A stretch of 63,954 nucleotides of DNA, filler included, from Octopus bimaculoides (GCF_001194135.2; 6 parts of 5 records of this genome joined end to end with filler, not necessarily neighbours in it), one strand, 5' to 3'. Shown: positions 49,098 to 62,995, numbered from the whole stretch's first letter. The notes: generated by a model from the letters alone, not told the origin. Numbers and translations: made by a program.

Positions 49098-50206
49098 TCA
49101 GGCTGAGTAAAAAGTAAGCAACGTTTTGAAACATGAAATTCATCACAATATATTTCAACAATGCGGCAATTTTATTCATCAAAGTAATTACCATTACAAT
49201 CAACACATTTTTGCCAACGAGTTACAAGTTTGTTTATTCCGGTAACATAAAAATCTAGAGTTCTGGAGCTGATGAACTCCTACAACGCACTTTCAGCATC
49301 GGCTTGATTTTTGAATTCCTTCTCTTGTAGAAAACCATCAGGGTGCTTGAAAAGGTGGTGGTAGGTAAGAGAAAGGTCTTAAATATAGAACTGAATTTCA
49401 TGGCAATATGTATCTGCAGTAATGTTTTTTCCAGGTTATAAGAAGTTATAGTGGATGAGCCCAGCAGTACGCCACCAAACAGTCACCGTAACCTTTTTGA
49501 AGAGCTCTGGTTTAGGGAAGGTTTTCGGTGTTTTATTTTGGCCCAAGCACTGCGGAGAAAGGTTTTTTTTTTTTTTTGTACAGAATTCACTTTTCAAAAC
49601 AAGTTACAATACGGTCGAGAAATGGATCGGCCTGGTTACGGAGAAATGACGAACAAATTTCATATCTGTGCATTTTCTGATTTTCATTCAAATCGTGTGC
49701 TACCCATTTGTCGAGCTTTTTTGATTTTCCGATCGCATGCAAATGGTTGCAGCCAATTTTCTGGCTATCTTGAAGTTCTTTTACCAGTTCTCGAGTGGTT
49801 TTACGTGGATCTTAATCAATGACCGTTATCGATGACAAATGGGCGTCAACCACGCTCACAGTCTTCAAGGCTCAGGTCTCCACTGCGAAATCGTTTAAAC
49901 CATTTTCGAGCTGACCACTCACTGGTCATTTCCTCACCCAACGTTTCGTTGATATCATGAGCAGTTTCAGCTGCTTTACTTACGTCCTTTTTTGAAGTTC
50001 AAAAGCAAAATAGCTCGAATATCGCACATTCACAGTTCTATTTCAGATGATTCTAACAACGGTGAAAAAATATCAATGTTAATTTATTGATGCATTTGGA
50101 CATCAGACAACCTCAAAAAAATGTTTTTAAAAAATTCAAAACTCTGCAAGAGTCCGGTACCAATTTTTCCTGGTTAAAAAAGTTGTTTACTTTTTACTCA
50201 ACCTGA
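49098..50206 (-). mobile_element. Mariner transposon (cecropia/Hsmar1-like), decayed and internally deleted
   Basis: TIRs tcaggctgagtaaaaagtaagcaac / gttgtttactttttactcaacctga with TA at 49096-97 and 50207-08; minus frames IRAILLLNFKKGR..AAETAHDINETLGEEMTSEWSARKWFKRFRSGDLSLED and DFYVTGINKLVTRWQKCVDCNGNYFDE*. Confidence 0.93.
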
Positions 50207-51049
50207 TACTTGACTTCAACTGAAAAAACTAGGGTGCGACTTATTCACGGGGCAAAGCTGAAACTAAGAAGGGAAACAATCTTGTATCAAGATTAAACAC
50301 TAAATTAAGGGTTCGCTTAATACAAAAAAAAAAATAGGTGCATGTGTGTTTGATAAAATTGCAAGCGTAAACGAACTTGTCGCCAAAAGCCCGTATATAT
50401 ACATAATGTAAACAGCGTTCGTGCGGTGTCTGAGCGCGTGCGAGTAACACATCTACATATATGTGTATGTGTGTGTGAGTGTGTGTGTAAGCATGTTATA
50501 AATATTTGCTTTGGTAAAAGGAGTTGCTTTGAAATGTCGGGATGTCTTTCTCTTCGTGGTAAATTAAGTGAGTCTTTTCTGTTGCTGTCACAGTTTTTAA
50601 AATTAAATCAAATGAAAATTTTCAAATTTGGTACATAGATCTAATTTTTCCCGGTGCTTCTGATTGTTTTTTATTCACTTAATCCAGAAAGAAAATTCAG
50701 AAAAATGTTAGAGGTTTTAAGTTGGATCATTTTTACCGCTCCAATCAGAAAACAGGATTTGGAAGCTGGCATTTTGTGCGTGATAGCCATCTATGACAAC
50801 ATTACGACGATAAGCTTATTACAAGTTTTGAAGATTTAATAAGTTTTAATGAATGGAGTTGTGTGAAATGTTGGAACATGCATGTAAACAATATAAAAAC
50901 GAAAAATCCTCGATGATTTTTTTCCCCCGAAAAATTACGAAAATGAAAACTGTACGTTAAATTACGAAAAAACAAACTGTAGTTCAGTTCAACAATTAAT
51001 ACACACATTTTTTGTGGCAAAAATTCAAAGATAAAAAGGCACGTCTGGT

Positions 51050-51375
51050 CTCACAACCCTTGACAAGACTACTTTATCCATCTCAACAATCTTCCCGGGA
51101 CCGCGTATACGAACTGGGTTGCGAAGTACGTTCTCTGCTCATATTTCACAAATATAGTTGTTGAAATCAATAACTGTGAGGTGGCTCATCCCCACAAAAC
51201 CGAACTGAAGTTAATGTCTTAACCCACGAGTAAAAAAAAAAAAAAAGTAGTACAGTCCTAAGAGGAAGGGTGCTACTTTCTAACCATGTATTTTTCCTAA
51301 CAGACACACACTTGTCGCATCCTTTTCGAGAGCACCTTCAGTAAATTTTCCTGCAAAAGCATCTTTTTGTTCATA
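51050..51375 (-). mobile_element. Merlin (IS1016/ISXO2-like) transposase relic
   Basis: Minus frames RCSRKGCDKCVSVRKNTWLESSTLPLRTVLL..YSW and MSHLTVIDFNNYICEI*AENVLRNPVRIRGPGKIVEMD match the Merlin Cys-rich region and the IGGPGxIVEIDE motif carrying the first catalytic Asp. Confidence 0.8.
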
Positions 51376-51469
51376 TAGTGTCTTTTAGTACATAATTTTC
51401 TTTTAAGAATAACACCCTTCTCTTACAAGTAAGGAACTGTGGTTCCTCTTCGGTTTTCAATTTCATCAG

Positions 51470-52345
51470 CACAGGCGAGGTCAGTTTTGGCATGGTTTTT
51501 ACAACTGGATGCCCTCCCAAATGCCAACCACTTTACAGTGTGGACTGGGTGCTTTTTGTGTGCCAACAGCCCAGGCAGAGTCACTAAGTAACTTCCAAAA
51601 ATAAAGATCCTTTGAGAGGGGAGGGGACATTGGAGGAGGTGATTTTGTGTCAGGTGATAAAAGGTTATAGTGTGACAGAGAGACAAAAATAGGTGTCTCG
51701 ATGTACAGGAGATACATGGTTACCTGGTCAGAGAGACAGAGAGAATGAGGAAAAAACAGGTGTTATGTTGTAGAGGAGATACATAGTTACCCAGTCAGAC
51801 TGAGAGAGAAGGAGAAAAAGAGAGAGTGGAAGAGAACGGGAGTGCAAGGGAGAGTAGGAGAGAGATGGTGATGAAGTGCCAGGGCATACCCTCGAGGTAT
51901 GGGGGTGGGTTTAGAATATAAATGGTAGGACCAAAGGAGCATGATGAGTAAGGAGTAGAGATTCCACATGAATGCAAAGAGTGTGAGGGTGGGGAATGCA
52001 GTGACTGGTGAAACCGGGTATATAGAGGAGGTGGGGGACAACAGGATAGTAATGATATAGTGAGGATAGGATAGGGGAGTGAAAGACGCATATAAACATG
52101 GTGCATGAAAAAGGAGAAAATGTAAGGAAGAGAAAAGATGTAATTTGGTGTGTTGGGGTAGGGTGTGTGAAAAGTTTCGTTGTTGTGGGTGGAACACACT
52201 GTACTTCTAAAACTCAGTTTCACTGAAGTGGGTGGGTCTTCACAAGAAATTCATATTGCCAGACATTCTTGGTCCATTGCCATCTCATCTATGAGGCCCA
52301 ACATCCTGAGATCAGTCCTCACCACTCCATCCCGTGTCCTCCTGG
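51470..52345 (-). mobile_element. RTE LINE 3' end (ORF2 tail near 52200-52345, UTR to 51470)
   Basis: VVRTDLRMLGLIDEMAMD.. on the minus strand; aaccactttacagtgtggactgggtgcttttt matches the reverse complement of the RTE UTR. Confidence 0.7.
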
Positions 52346-53201
52346 TATTATGTATATATATATATATATATATNNNNNNNNNNNNNNNNNNNNNNNNNNN
52401 NNNNNNNNNNNNNNNNNNNNNNNNNNNNNNNNNNNNNNNNNNNNNNNNNNNNNNNNNNNNNNNNNNNNNNNNNNNNNNNNNNNNNNNNNNNNNNNNNNNN
52501 NNNNNNNNNNNNNNNNNNNNNNNNNNNNNNNNNNNNNNNNNNNNNNNNNNNNNNNNNNNNNNNNNNNNNNNNNNNNNNNNNNNNNNNNNNNNNNNNNNNN
52601 NNNNNNNNNNNNNNNNNNNNNNNNNNNNNNNNNNNNNNNNNNNNNNNNNNNNNNNNNNNNNNNNNNNNNNNNNNNNNNNNNNNNNNNNNNNNNNNNNNNN
52701 NNNNNNNNNNNNNNNNNNNNNNNNNNNNNNNNNNNNNNNNNNNNNNNNNNNNNNNNNNNNNNNNNNNNNNNNNNNNNNNNNNNNNNNNNNNNNNNNNNNN
52801 NNNNNNNNNNNNNNNNNNNNNNNNNNNNNNNNNNNNNNNNNNNNNNNNNNNNNNNNNNNNNNNNNNNNNNNNNNNNNNNNNNNNNNNNNNNNNNNNNNNN
52901 NNNNNNNNNNNNNNNNNNNNNNNNNNNNNNNNNNNNNNNNNNNNNNNNNNNNNNNNNNNNNNNNNNNNNNNNNNNNNNNNNNNNNNNNNNNNNNNNNNNN
53001 NNNNNNNNNNNNNNNNNNNNNNNNNNNNNNNNNNNNNNNNNNNNNNNNNNNNNNNNNNNNNNNNNNNNNNNNNNNNNNNNNNNNNNNNNNNNNNNNNNNN
53101 NNNNNNNNNNNNNNNNNNNNNNNNNNNNNNNNNNNNNNNNNNNNNNNNNNNNNNNNNNNNNNNNNNNNNNNNNNNNNNNNNNNNNNNNNNNNNNNNNNNN
53201 N

Positions 53202-53272
<71 letters not shown>

Positions 53273-53889
53273 CATCCCCTTTTCCATGCTCACATTGATC
53301 AGAGACACATTTTGTAAAGCTGAATGCCCTTTCTGTTGCCAACCCTCATCTATTTTCAAGAAATATTTCATCACGCCCGAAGATGTTTACACAGCAGACT
53401 GGAAAGGAAGAATACTTCTTGCATGACAGTTACACTTTCTTACAACCATTGCCTGATGTCAAAGCAAAGAAATAATAAAATACTCCCTCTCTCTTTCTCT
53501 CTCTCTCACACACACATACATGCATACATACATATGGTCTTCTTTCAGTTTCTGTCTACCAAATCTACTCAAGGATTTCATCAAGCCTACAATATAGCAA
53601 AAGACTATATACGTATATATACAGTGTGTGTGTGTGTGTATACACTCATACATCTGTATATACACTCATGTGTTTATAGACACCTATGCATGTGCATACA
53701 TGTGTGCGTGCGCGCGTGCGAGTGCACACAGGTTTGTTTACATTTCTTAGATCAATAAAATCTGTAAAATATGATATTCTTTTATTGGAGAAGGAAATAT
53801 TTTGAAAACAAAGTAGTTTAATGATTAATTTCATGTGTGTGTGTGTGTGCATGTGCATGTGCTTGCATGCATGTGCTTGCATGCATGCG

Positions 53890-54077
53890 CATGCGCTCTG
53901 GCAAAGTATCTGTGGCTTTGCAAGAACTTTCATGCATACCTTTAAGAGTAATTAGAAAACCATCAAGGCGCATTGCTGAATTCAAGTTCACCTCATCTAT
54001 AGCTGATATTACATCCTCTTCATTTATACCAATATAATCAATAACTGCTCTGTGTAGATCTGCAGTGTTGAAGAGCT
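53890..54077 (-). mobile_element. LINE ORF2 fragment (region just before RT; CR1/L2/Jockey group)
   Basis: INEEDVISAIDEVNLNSAMRLDGFLITLKGM resembles the ITxxDVxxAIxxLxxxxAxGPDG motif. Confidence 0.65.
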
Positions 54078-54975
54078 CCAGTTGAGTTTGATGATAAGCT
54101 CTTTGAGGCATTACTTGAAGAAAATCCTGCATTATCAGTTGAAGATTGGCAATAAAGCTTAGTTCAAACCATACAACTGTTCATCGTATTCTTCAACAAC
54201 TTGGAAAGGTTCCTAAACTTGGAAAATGGGTGCCTCATGAATTGTCCGAAAACAACTACAAATCCCAAGGTGACATCTGCTCTTCTCTCCATTCTCGTGA
54301 ACTCATTTCACCCTTTTTGGATAGACTGGTGACTGGTGATGAAAAATGGATCTTCTATCGAAATGTTAAATGTTGTAAACAGTGGCTTGGTCAAAGGGAA
54401 AAAACTCAACCACGACCGAAAAGGGAACTTCATGGGAAAAAGGTTCTTCTCTCTATCTGGTGGGATTGCAAAGGAGTAATTCACTTTGAATTGTTACCGC
54501 CTAATGCAACAACCAATGCTCAAGTCAACTGTCAGCAATTAGAGAATTTGAACCAAGCTTTGAAGAAAAAAAGACCCGCTTTAGTGAATTGGAAAGGAGT
54601 GATGTTTCATCAGGACAATGCGCGACCCCACACTGCAAAGATCACATCACAGATCGAAGAGCTAAGTTGGAAAAAATTCTTCATCCTCCTTATTCTCCCG
54701 ACCTTGGTCCTTCAGACTACCATTTGTTTCGTAGTTTACAGAATCATTTGGGGGACTTAACTTTCACAAGCCAGGAGGAGGTCGAAACTGAGATTTCAGA
54801 GTTCTTCGTTTTGAAATCAAAAGAGTTTTACATTGATGGGATTTAAAAGCTTGTAAATAGATGGAAGGAAGTCATAGATAATCAGGGAAAGTACATTGAT
54901 GATTTCAATTAAATATAACATTTGATCACTTGTTTTCTTATTCAAAATTTGGACAGAACTTATGGGATGACCTGA
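54078..54975 (+). mobile_element. 5'-truncated mariner with a pseudogenised DD34D-type transposase
   Basis: PVEFDDKLFEALLEENP..GKVPKLGKWVPHELS..LVTGDEKWIFY..MFHQDNARPH..PYSPDLGPSDYHLF..KLVNRWKEVIDNQGKY; frameshifts near 54145 and 54680, stop at 54844-46; right TIR ..aacttatgggatgacctga then TA at 54976-77. Confidence 0.95.
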
Positions 54976-54977
54976 TA

Positions 54978-55480
54978 TATGGCAAACGTCCACTATGACT
55001 CTTTTTCTTTTCTGTCTGTATGAAATACAGCATATTTTGATATGTGCACCTGTGCATCATTTACAGCTGCAGCTAGATGAGTTTTAATAAGTGCTATACA
55101 TATTTCCGACAGCATACTGAAAGATCTCTGGTATAAAATTTTGTTTTTGTTGTTGAGATGTAACTTGCCTCTTAATATTTAATTAAAGAAGTGACAAGAT
55201 GTTTGGTTTGGCAGCATTGGTGATCATCCTGGGTCTATTTGTGATGGCTTTTATGTATGGGTGTACAGAGCTTTGGTTCAATTTTGCTTGTAAGTATGAC
55301 AGCTGCTGCACTAGCTTTTGTTACACACTTTAAACAATTTTCGTTCAACAGCTGCAACTTGCACTGCATCTGCATACTGTATTTTGCAGATGGTATACAG
55401 TGTGTCATTTTTATTGGTGGTATCTTGTAAGTTATGGTCTTCTTCAGAGTAAATTTCTCTACCTTGTTCGTGTAGTGGAG
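54978..55480 (-). mobile_element. LINE apurinic endonuclease N-terminus and upstream region
   Basis: Minus frame ICIALIKTHLAAAVNDAQVHISKYAVFHTDRKEK resembles the IxLTETWL....DAE..IxxYxxFRxDR..GGV motif of APE domains. Confidence 0.65.
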
Positions 55481-56129
55481 GGTAATTAATTGCTAGTTAT
55501 GAAAGTATGTATGTGCACAGATATAAATATACATACATATATATATATATACATNNNNNNNNNNNNNNNNNNNNNNNNNNNNNNNNNNNNNNNNNNNNNN
55601 NNNNNNNNNNNNNNNNNNNNNNNNNNNNNNNNNNNNNNNNNNNNNNNNNNNNNNNNNNNNNNNNNNNNNNNNNNNNNNNNNNNNNNNNNNNNNNNNNNNN
55701 NNNNNNNNNNNNNNNNNNNNNNNNNNNNNNNNNNNNNNNNNNNNNNNNNNNNNNNNNNNNNNNNNNNNNNNNNNNNNNNNNNNNNNNNNNNNNNNNNNNN
55801 NNNNNNNNNNNNNNNNNNNNNNNNNNNNNNNNNNNNNNNNNNNNNNNNNNNNNNNNNNNNNNNNNNNNNNNNNNNNNNNNNNNNNNNNNNNNNNNNNTGT
55901 GTGTGTGTGTGTGTGTATGCATATACATGAACCTTCTATGCAGAGAAAGTCTGTTCTTTCCACTATTTTTGTATCAGGTGAAAAAATTTCCAACTAATGT
56001 TTAACTCTTTAGCATTTAAAACAGCCATATCTCGCCCAAATACTCTATCTTATGTTGTGCTCAAAAGAGCAAGCTTCAGCCTCTCACACCTACCCTACAA
56101 TGTCAGTAGATTCTTTCAAATCTACTTTG

Positions 56130-56500
56130 TGTCTGCTTGATTTGCCAACCACAATATTACAGAGTGGCTTTATCATCCTTTAATGTCTCCATTTCTTAAC
56201 TTGCATGTGTCAGAGAGAATATCTCTACTAGGCAAGCTGCCAGAGAAGACAGGAATCTCGCAGTCTGTGGCCCGACCCCACCAAACGTCTCGGACGCCAC
56301 AGGATGGAAAGTATAGTTGGCCGACAGCTTGTGGTACTTCAGGATTTTGTCCTACTTGGCCACAACTGAATATGTTATGTTTTTCAACTAATTTTCTGTA
56401 TTTTAATAAAACAAGAGAATCCAGGAATGTCTATAAATTCAGATAATAAATATCGATGAAAATTGGATACTTGGAAATTATATCGAATCATGGGCGCCTT
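56130..56500 (-). mobile_element. CRE-clade (RLE-type) non-LTR retrotransposon C-terminal relic
   Basis: Minus frame KYHKLSANYTFHPVASETFGGVGPQTARFLSSLAACL matches KYxxL..xYxFxPxAxETxGxxGxxAxxFLxxL; an upstream RRP remnant is present. Confidence 0.75.
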
Positions 56501-56920
56501 GAAATATTTGATTATGCAGTTTTGAACATTTCGGTAGAAGATGTAATAGATGGAAAATGCATATCCTGGAGTTCTCGAAGCACAAACAAACTGAAAGAAA
56601 ATAATGATTTCGAACTGAAATTTCGGTCGATTATATTTGTCGATTGTTTCGACAACACTACTTCACCAAGTTTCCTCAAAAGAAATTCTGTTATTAACCC
56701 TTTTGATGCCATATTTCAGTTGAAATACTTTGCTTTGTTTCAATCAATTTTGAAAATTATGAAGAAGTTAGTAAAATAACTTTTTCATTATTAAGCTGCT
56801 GTTTGGAACATAACTGAACATGAAATTCCAATGGACTGCCTTCATTTAAATCACTTTGAAACAGGAAGTTTGTATCGTACTACTTAGGACCAGTCTTAAG
56901 AAAGTTGGTATCAAAGGGTT

Positions 56921-57297
56921 GTTGTTGTTGTTGGCACTCCGTCGCTTATGACGTCGAGGGTTCCAGTTGATCCGATCAACAGAACAGCCTGCTCGTGAAA
57001 TTAACGTGCAAGTGGCTGAGCACTCCACAGACATGTGTACCCTTAACGTAGTTCTCGGGGATATTTAGCGTGACACAGTGTGACAAGGCTAACCCTTTGA
57101 ATTACAGGCACAACAGAAACAAGGAAGTAAGAGTGAGAGAAAGTTGTGGTGAAAGAGTACAGCAGGGTTCGCCACCATCCCCTGCCGGAGCCTCGTGGAG
57201 CTTTAGGTGTTTTCGCTCAATAAACACTCACAACGCCCGGTCTGGGAATCGAAACCGCGAGTCCGCTGCCCTAACCACTGGGCCATTGCGCCTCCAC
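56921..57297 (-). mobile_element. SINE family C, full length, 11-bp TSD
   Basis: TSD atcaaagggtt at 56910-56920 and 57298-57308. Confidence 0.93.
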
Positions 57298-58017
57298 ATC
57301 AAAGGGTTAAATATGAAAAAAAAAATGCATTTTCATTTAAATACCTTTCATTATTTCTTCTCACTCGAAGATAGCCTGGGGTTAAGATAATACGCGCTTA
57401 CACTTAAGCGCGTCATATGCGCACACGCAGATTCAAACGTAAACTAAAGCATTGGCGTATGTCTGAACAAGCCAAAGAGAGAGGCTCTGAGTTGTTTGAC
57501 CTACGAGCAATGGCAAATAAGTCTCCTTTAAACTAGTCTTTTCTCTGAGAAAATTAGATAAATTTGGATAATGCCATTATAGATATTCTATGTGTGAAGA
57601 ATACAAGCCGAAGTGGTCAAAACTAGAAAACTTTTATTAGCAGGCGCTTCGTTGGGGGAGAAAAACATTTGACACTTGTAAAAGTTGTCAAGATAATAAT
57701 GCAAAATATTTATTGTATCCAACATTACACTTTAGAACTAACGAACGACTTTAGAGAAAAGTGGCTGAGATATAATTGTTATTTGAGAATAATGTCCATT
57801 GAATAAACCTTTTAACTTTGAAACAACAATGCTACTAATAAAAATCTTCAATATCGTATGTGTCGTGCAAGGGAGCAAGTGAGTATGAAAAAAAAAAGGC
57901 AATCTAACTTGAAGGATCATATTCAGAACGGTCACACGTACAAACAGCACACACGCATTAAGATGACTCGCTGAAACACACATACGAAGCTCTCACTCTC
58001 TCTCTCGCTCTTTCTGT

Positions 58018-58155
58018 GACTGTGTCTCTTTCATTCTCTCTCTTGCACTTTCTCTCCCTCTTTCTCTGACTGTGTGTCTTTCATTCTCTCTCTTACACTT
58101 TCTCTCCCTCTTTCTCTGACTGTGTCTCTTTCATTCTCTCTCTTACATTTTCTCT
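58018..58155. repeat. About 52-bp CT-rich tandem repeat, about 2.6 copies
   Basis: ctgtgtctctttcattctctctctt(g/a)cactttctctccctcttttctctga repeated. Confidence 0.8.
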
Positions 58156-58647
58156 CACTCTCGCTCCATTTCACACACACACATACACATTCTCACTCAC
58201 ACAAACATACGGGCTTACATGTCCACGCATACAAACATGGACTTGCACACACGCATACAAACATGGACTTGCACACACGCGTACATATCTGTTCCGTCTT
58301 ATACTCTTCCCTCCACCCCATTTATTCACGTTGAAACTTCAGATTAAGTTATTCTTTAATTTACACCATTAAAATCTCTGAATCCTTTACAAACTCTCTA
58401 TTTTTAATTTTATATTCTTTTCTCTCAATACAAAATCTCTTAGACACACAAAAAAAAAATCTTTTTTTATTGATTTATCTCCTAACTTTAAAAGTGTGCG
58501 CGTCAACCTCTTCTATATATAATAGCCAAATTCCACCTCAAATAAGANNNNNNNNNNNNNNNNNNNNNNNNNNNNNNNNNNNNNNNNNNNNTTAATTAAT
58601 TAANNNNNNNNNNNNNNNNNNNNNNNNNNNNNNNNNNNNNNNNNNNN

Positions 58648-58706
<59 letters not shown>

Positions 58707-58785
58707 GTATGTATATATATAGCTTCCTTGTATATGTATATATATATATACATATAGAGAGAAATAGATACATAGATAGTGAGAA

Positions 58786-58839
<54 letters not shown>

Positions 58840-59049
58840 CTAGAATTTGATTATCTACACGTTTTACTGTCGACCGTTGAACATTTTACTCAAGGTTCAA
58901 CGAAATGAAATGACGGCTAAGGGGTTTCCATAAAGTCATGTCACTAGGCAACACACCAAAGCAGAATCTACAGTCATAAGTTATAATAAAAATCAACTAG
59001 AATCAACTTTTTCTATAATCATTCCATAATAATTGTTCAAATTATTCTT

Positions 59050-59445
59050 TTATTCTTTTACATGTTGAAGACATTGGATTGTGTTCATGCTGGTGCATCA
59101 GCATTAACGGTTTTAGTTGAAGAAATCAACTTCAGTACTTGACTTTTTAAAAGCCTAGTATATATTATATCGGTCGTTTTGGCCCAGCAGATAAGTTACG
59201 GCGATGTAAACACACCAACATCGGTTGTCAGGCGATGGTCGTGGACAACTCAGGCACAACGACACACACACATAAATATATACATATACATATATATGAC
59301 GCGGTTCTTTCAGTTTCCGAGTACCAAATCTACTCACAAGGCTATGGTCAGTCGAAGTCTATAGTGGATGACACCTGACCGATGTGTCGCGCAGTGGGAC
59401 AGAACCCGGAACCATGTGGTTAGGAAGCAAGCTTCTTGCCACAGG
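59050..59445 (-). mobile_element. SINE family B, diverged full-length copy
   Basis: Colinear with the reverse complement of the family B copies. Confidence 0.75.
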
Positions 59446-59918
59446 GTAACGTCAGCACCTATTGCATATTAGTGCAGCTTAAAATTTAGTCTAGCACCTG
59501 TCTGATGGTATTCGTGCATCACGGGTTCAACTCGGAGGCATGTTTCCAATTCTCGCGTTTGCCTATCTTTATTGCAACTCGCATAGTTTGAAATATAAAA
59601 ATATGTTCGCATAATTCCGAGATTCCTATACCAAAATGATAGAACCTGAATGTATAAATATCGTTGTGATACATGAATGCATGCGCATCCGTACAAAGGT
59701 AAAACGGATACGTGATGCATTGCATACAATTACGCACACACGCACACTGACGTGCAGACACACACACACACACACACAGACGCGCGCGCGCACACACAGA
59801 CGCGCGCATGTGAGTAAGTGTTTTGGTGTGTATGTATGAATGATCAGACATTCGACAATATAATAGTAAAAGGTGATAGCATTTCATAAGAGTAGAATAT
59901 ATAATATTATGTATGTAC

Positions 59919-60042
<124 letters not shown>

Positions 60043-60457
60043 CTGTCTGTCTGCATATGTGTATGTGTGTGTGTTTGTGTTAAAATGTAAATGTGTCTGT
60101 ATAGGTGTAAAGATTATCCACATGTGTATAGCTACATACATATATCGATATAAAAAGAGAAATTGATAGATGAATTGATCAATATATATAGATATATATA
60201 TACGCACACAGAGGCACACATAGATAGATAGATAGATAGATAGATAGAAAATATAATGGAAGACAATTAGATAATTATAGAAAAGGTCACATGAATGAAT
60301 TCGATCAAACGAGGAAAAGTTTGATTGATACGTAAATAGACACTTGTATATATGTTAGTATGTCAAGCCTATCTCTTTTTGTCTGTCTCTGTTTTTCGCT
60401 CTCTACGCCTGTTTGTGTTTGTGTCTTTATGTCCGTGTGCAGCAGTGTGTGTGTTTA

Positions 60458-60488
<31 letters not shown>

Positions 60489-60944
60489 NNNNNNNNNNNN
60501 NNNNNNNNNNNNNNNNNNNNNNNNNNNNNNNNNNNNNNNNNNNNNNNNNNNNNNNNNNNNNNNNNNNNNNNNNNNNNNNNNNNNNNNNNNNNNNNNNNNN
60601 NNNNNNNNNNNNNNNNNNNNNNNNNNNNNNNNNNNNNNNNNNNNNNNNNNNNNNNNNNNNNNNNNNNNNNNNNNNNNNNNNNNNNNNNNNNNNNNNNNNN
60701 NNNNNNNNNNNNNNNNNNNNNNNNNNNNNNNNNNNNNNNNNNNNNNNNNNNNNNNNNNNNNNNNNNNNNNNNNNNNNNNNNNNNNNNNNNNNNNNNNNNN
60801 NNNNNNNNNNNNNNNNNNNNNNNNNNNNNNNNNNNNNNNNNNNNNNNNNNNNNNNNNNNNNNNNNNNNNNNNNNNNNNNNNNNNNNNNNNNNNNNNNNNN
60901 NNNNNNNNNNNNNNNNNNNNNNNNNNNNNNNNNNNNNNNNNNNN

Positions 60945-61024
<80 letters not shown>

Positions 61025-61814
61025 ACTTACTTTGCAAACACACAATCACAAACACATACATACACACGCATATGTTTTTTAAACACGCTAAGAAAGGGAG
61101 ACATAATTCATAGATATAAAACTACACAGCAATTTTGGAAAATTTTAAATCTAAGATGTAATATTTTTTTACTAAACATACAACAGTAACGCTGAGAAAA
61201 TCCATTAATCTTTCCTTGGAGAAATGGGTTTTCATTCTCTGATGAAGAAATAACTGGACTACAAACCAGTCTGATCGACGCCATTTTTTCTGCCCCTTGA
61301 GAGATACAAACACTGGTGCATGCAGTTTTCTTTATGGAACGAGGCTACATTTGTATGTTTCTTTATAAAAGTCTATCTTTCTTCTCAAATTATCCATGAA
61401 AGGACAATGAACAAATGTATTGCTTCACGTTTTCAGCAAATATATTTATGTTATGCAAATTAGACTAATAAGATTGGGTGTAATAAAATTTGCATTAAAT
61501 ATAAATATGCACAAAATGCTAATCACTCTTAGGATGGAACGTGGGAATCATTTCCATGACGAAAGTCTAAGATGATTGCAATCCTATCGAATTAATAGTA
61601 AATAATACTTGCTCAGAGGGACATAAATGTACGTTGATACAGTTTTATTACTTACCGCTACTAGCTTAAAACGAGTTTCTTTTCATTGAGAATAGTATGT
61701 TTTATATATCAAAAGCGCGTGTGTAGCTATACACAGACATATATGTTTATATCTGTGTGTATATATACATCATAGGCGCGTGTGTAGCTAAACACAGATA
61801 TATGTATTAATATC

Positions 61815-61923
<109 letters not shown>

Positions 61924-62404
61924 ATCTACATACCTTTATATATAAATACACACATACACACAAATATAGTATAACATATGGATTCAGAGAATCAATATGG
62001 ATTCCCAGAAAGCTCTTCCTACGGACTCGACTAACTGTCTACATAGGAATCTAATCTATCTGCCTCGAGATCCAACGTTCCAAAGAAGTATCATTTCATG
62101 ATGTCTTAAGGCAGCGCACTGGTCGAATCGTTAGCACGCCGGGCGGAATGTTTAGCGGCATCGTCCGTCTATGCGTTCCGGGTTCAAATTCCACCGAGGT
62201 CGACTTTGCCTTTCATCCTTTCGGGGTCGATGAAATAGGTACCAGATACGCACTATGTCGAGACAAGCTTTTTATCAAGAGAAACTTACACAGAGAAATG
62301 TGATACAAAATATTCTATAGTTTGGTCTTCTTCTAAGTTCTTGCCTGTGTCTTTTTCTTTAGAGAATCTTTCAGAAATATTTCATCAATGCTTTTGAATT
62401 ATTC

Positions 62405-62744
62405 GCGCAGGAGTGATTGTGCGGTACGTAGCTTGCTTACCAACAACATAGTTCTGGGTGCCACCTTGGGCAAGTGTCTTCTACTATAGCCTCGGGCCGA
62501 CCAAAGCCTTTTGAATGGATTTGGTAGACGGAAACTGAAAGAAGCCCGTCGTATATATATATNNNNNNNNNNNNNNNNNNNNNNNNNNNNNNNNNNNNNN
62601 NNNNNNTTAATTAATTAANNNNNNNNNNNNNNNNNNNNNNNNNNNNNNNNNNNNNNNNNNNNCTTGTACTATAGCCTCGGGCCGACCAAAGCCTTGTGAG
62701 TGGATTTGGTAGATGGAAACAGAAAGAAGCCCGTCGTATATACG

Positions 62745-62777
<33 letters not shown>

Positions 62778-62995
62778 ATGTTTGTGTGTCTGTGTTTGTC
62801 CCCCCAACATCGTTTGACAACCGATGGTGGTGTGTTTAAGTCCCCGTAACCTAGCAGTTCGGCAAAAGAAACCGCTAGAATAAGTACTAGGCTTCCAAAG
62901 AATAAGTCCTGGGGTCGATTTGCTCGACTAATGGCGGTGCTCCAGCATGGCCGCAGTCAAATGACTGAAACAAGTAAAAGACTAAAAAGAGTAAG
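62405..62995 (+). mobile_element. SINE family B broken by a scaffold spacer (62405-62562, 62663-62995)
   Basis: Both sides share tactatagcctcgggccgaccaaagcc; may be two copies or one copy duplicated across the contig join. Confidence 0.85.

Noticed and set aside
56456-56779. 107-aa plus-strand ORF
   Set aside because: It partly overlaps the antisense strand of the CRE-like relic, has no recognisable motif and no splice support.
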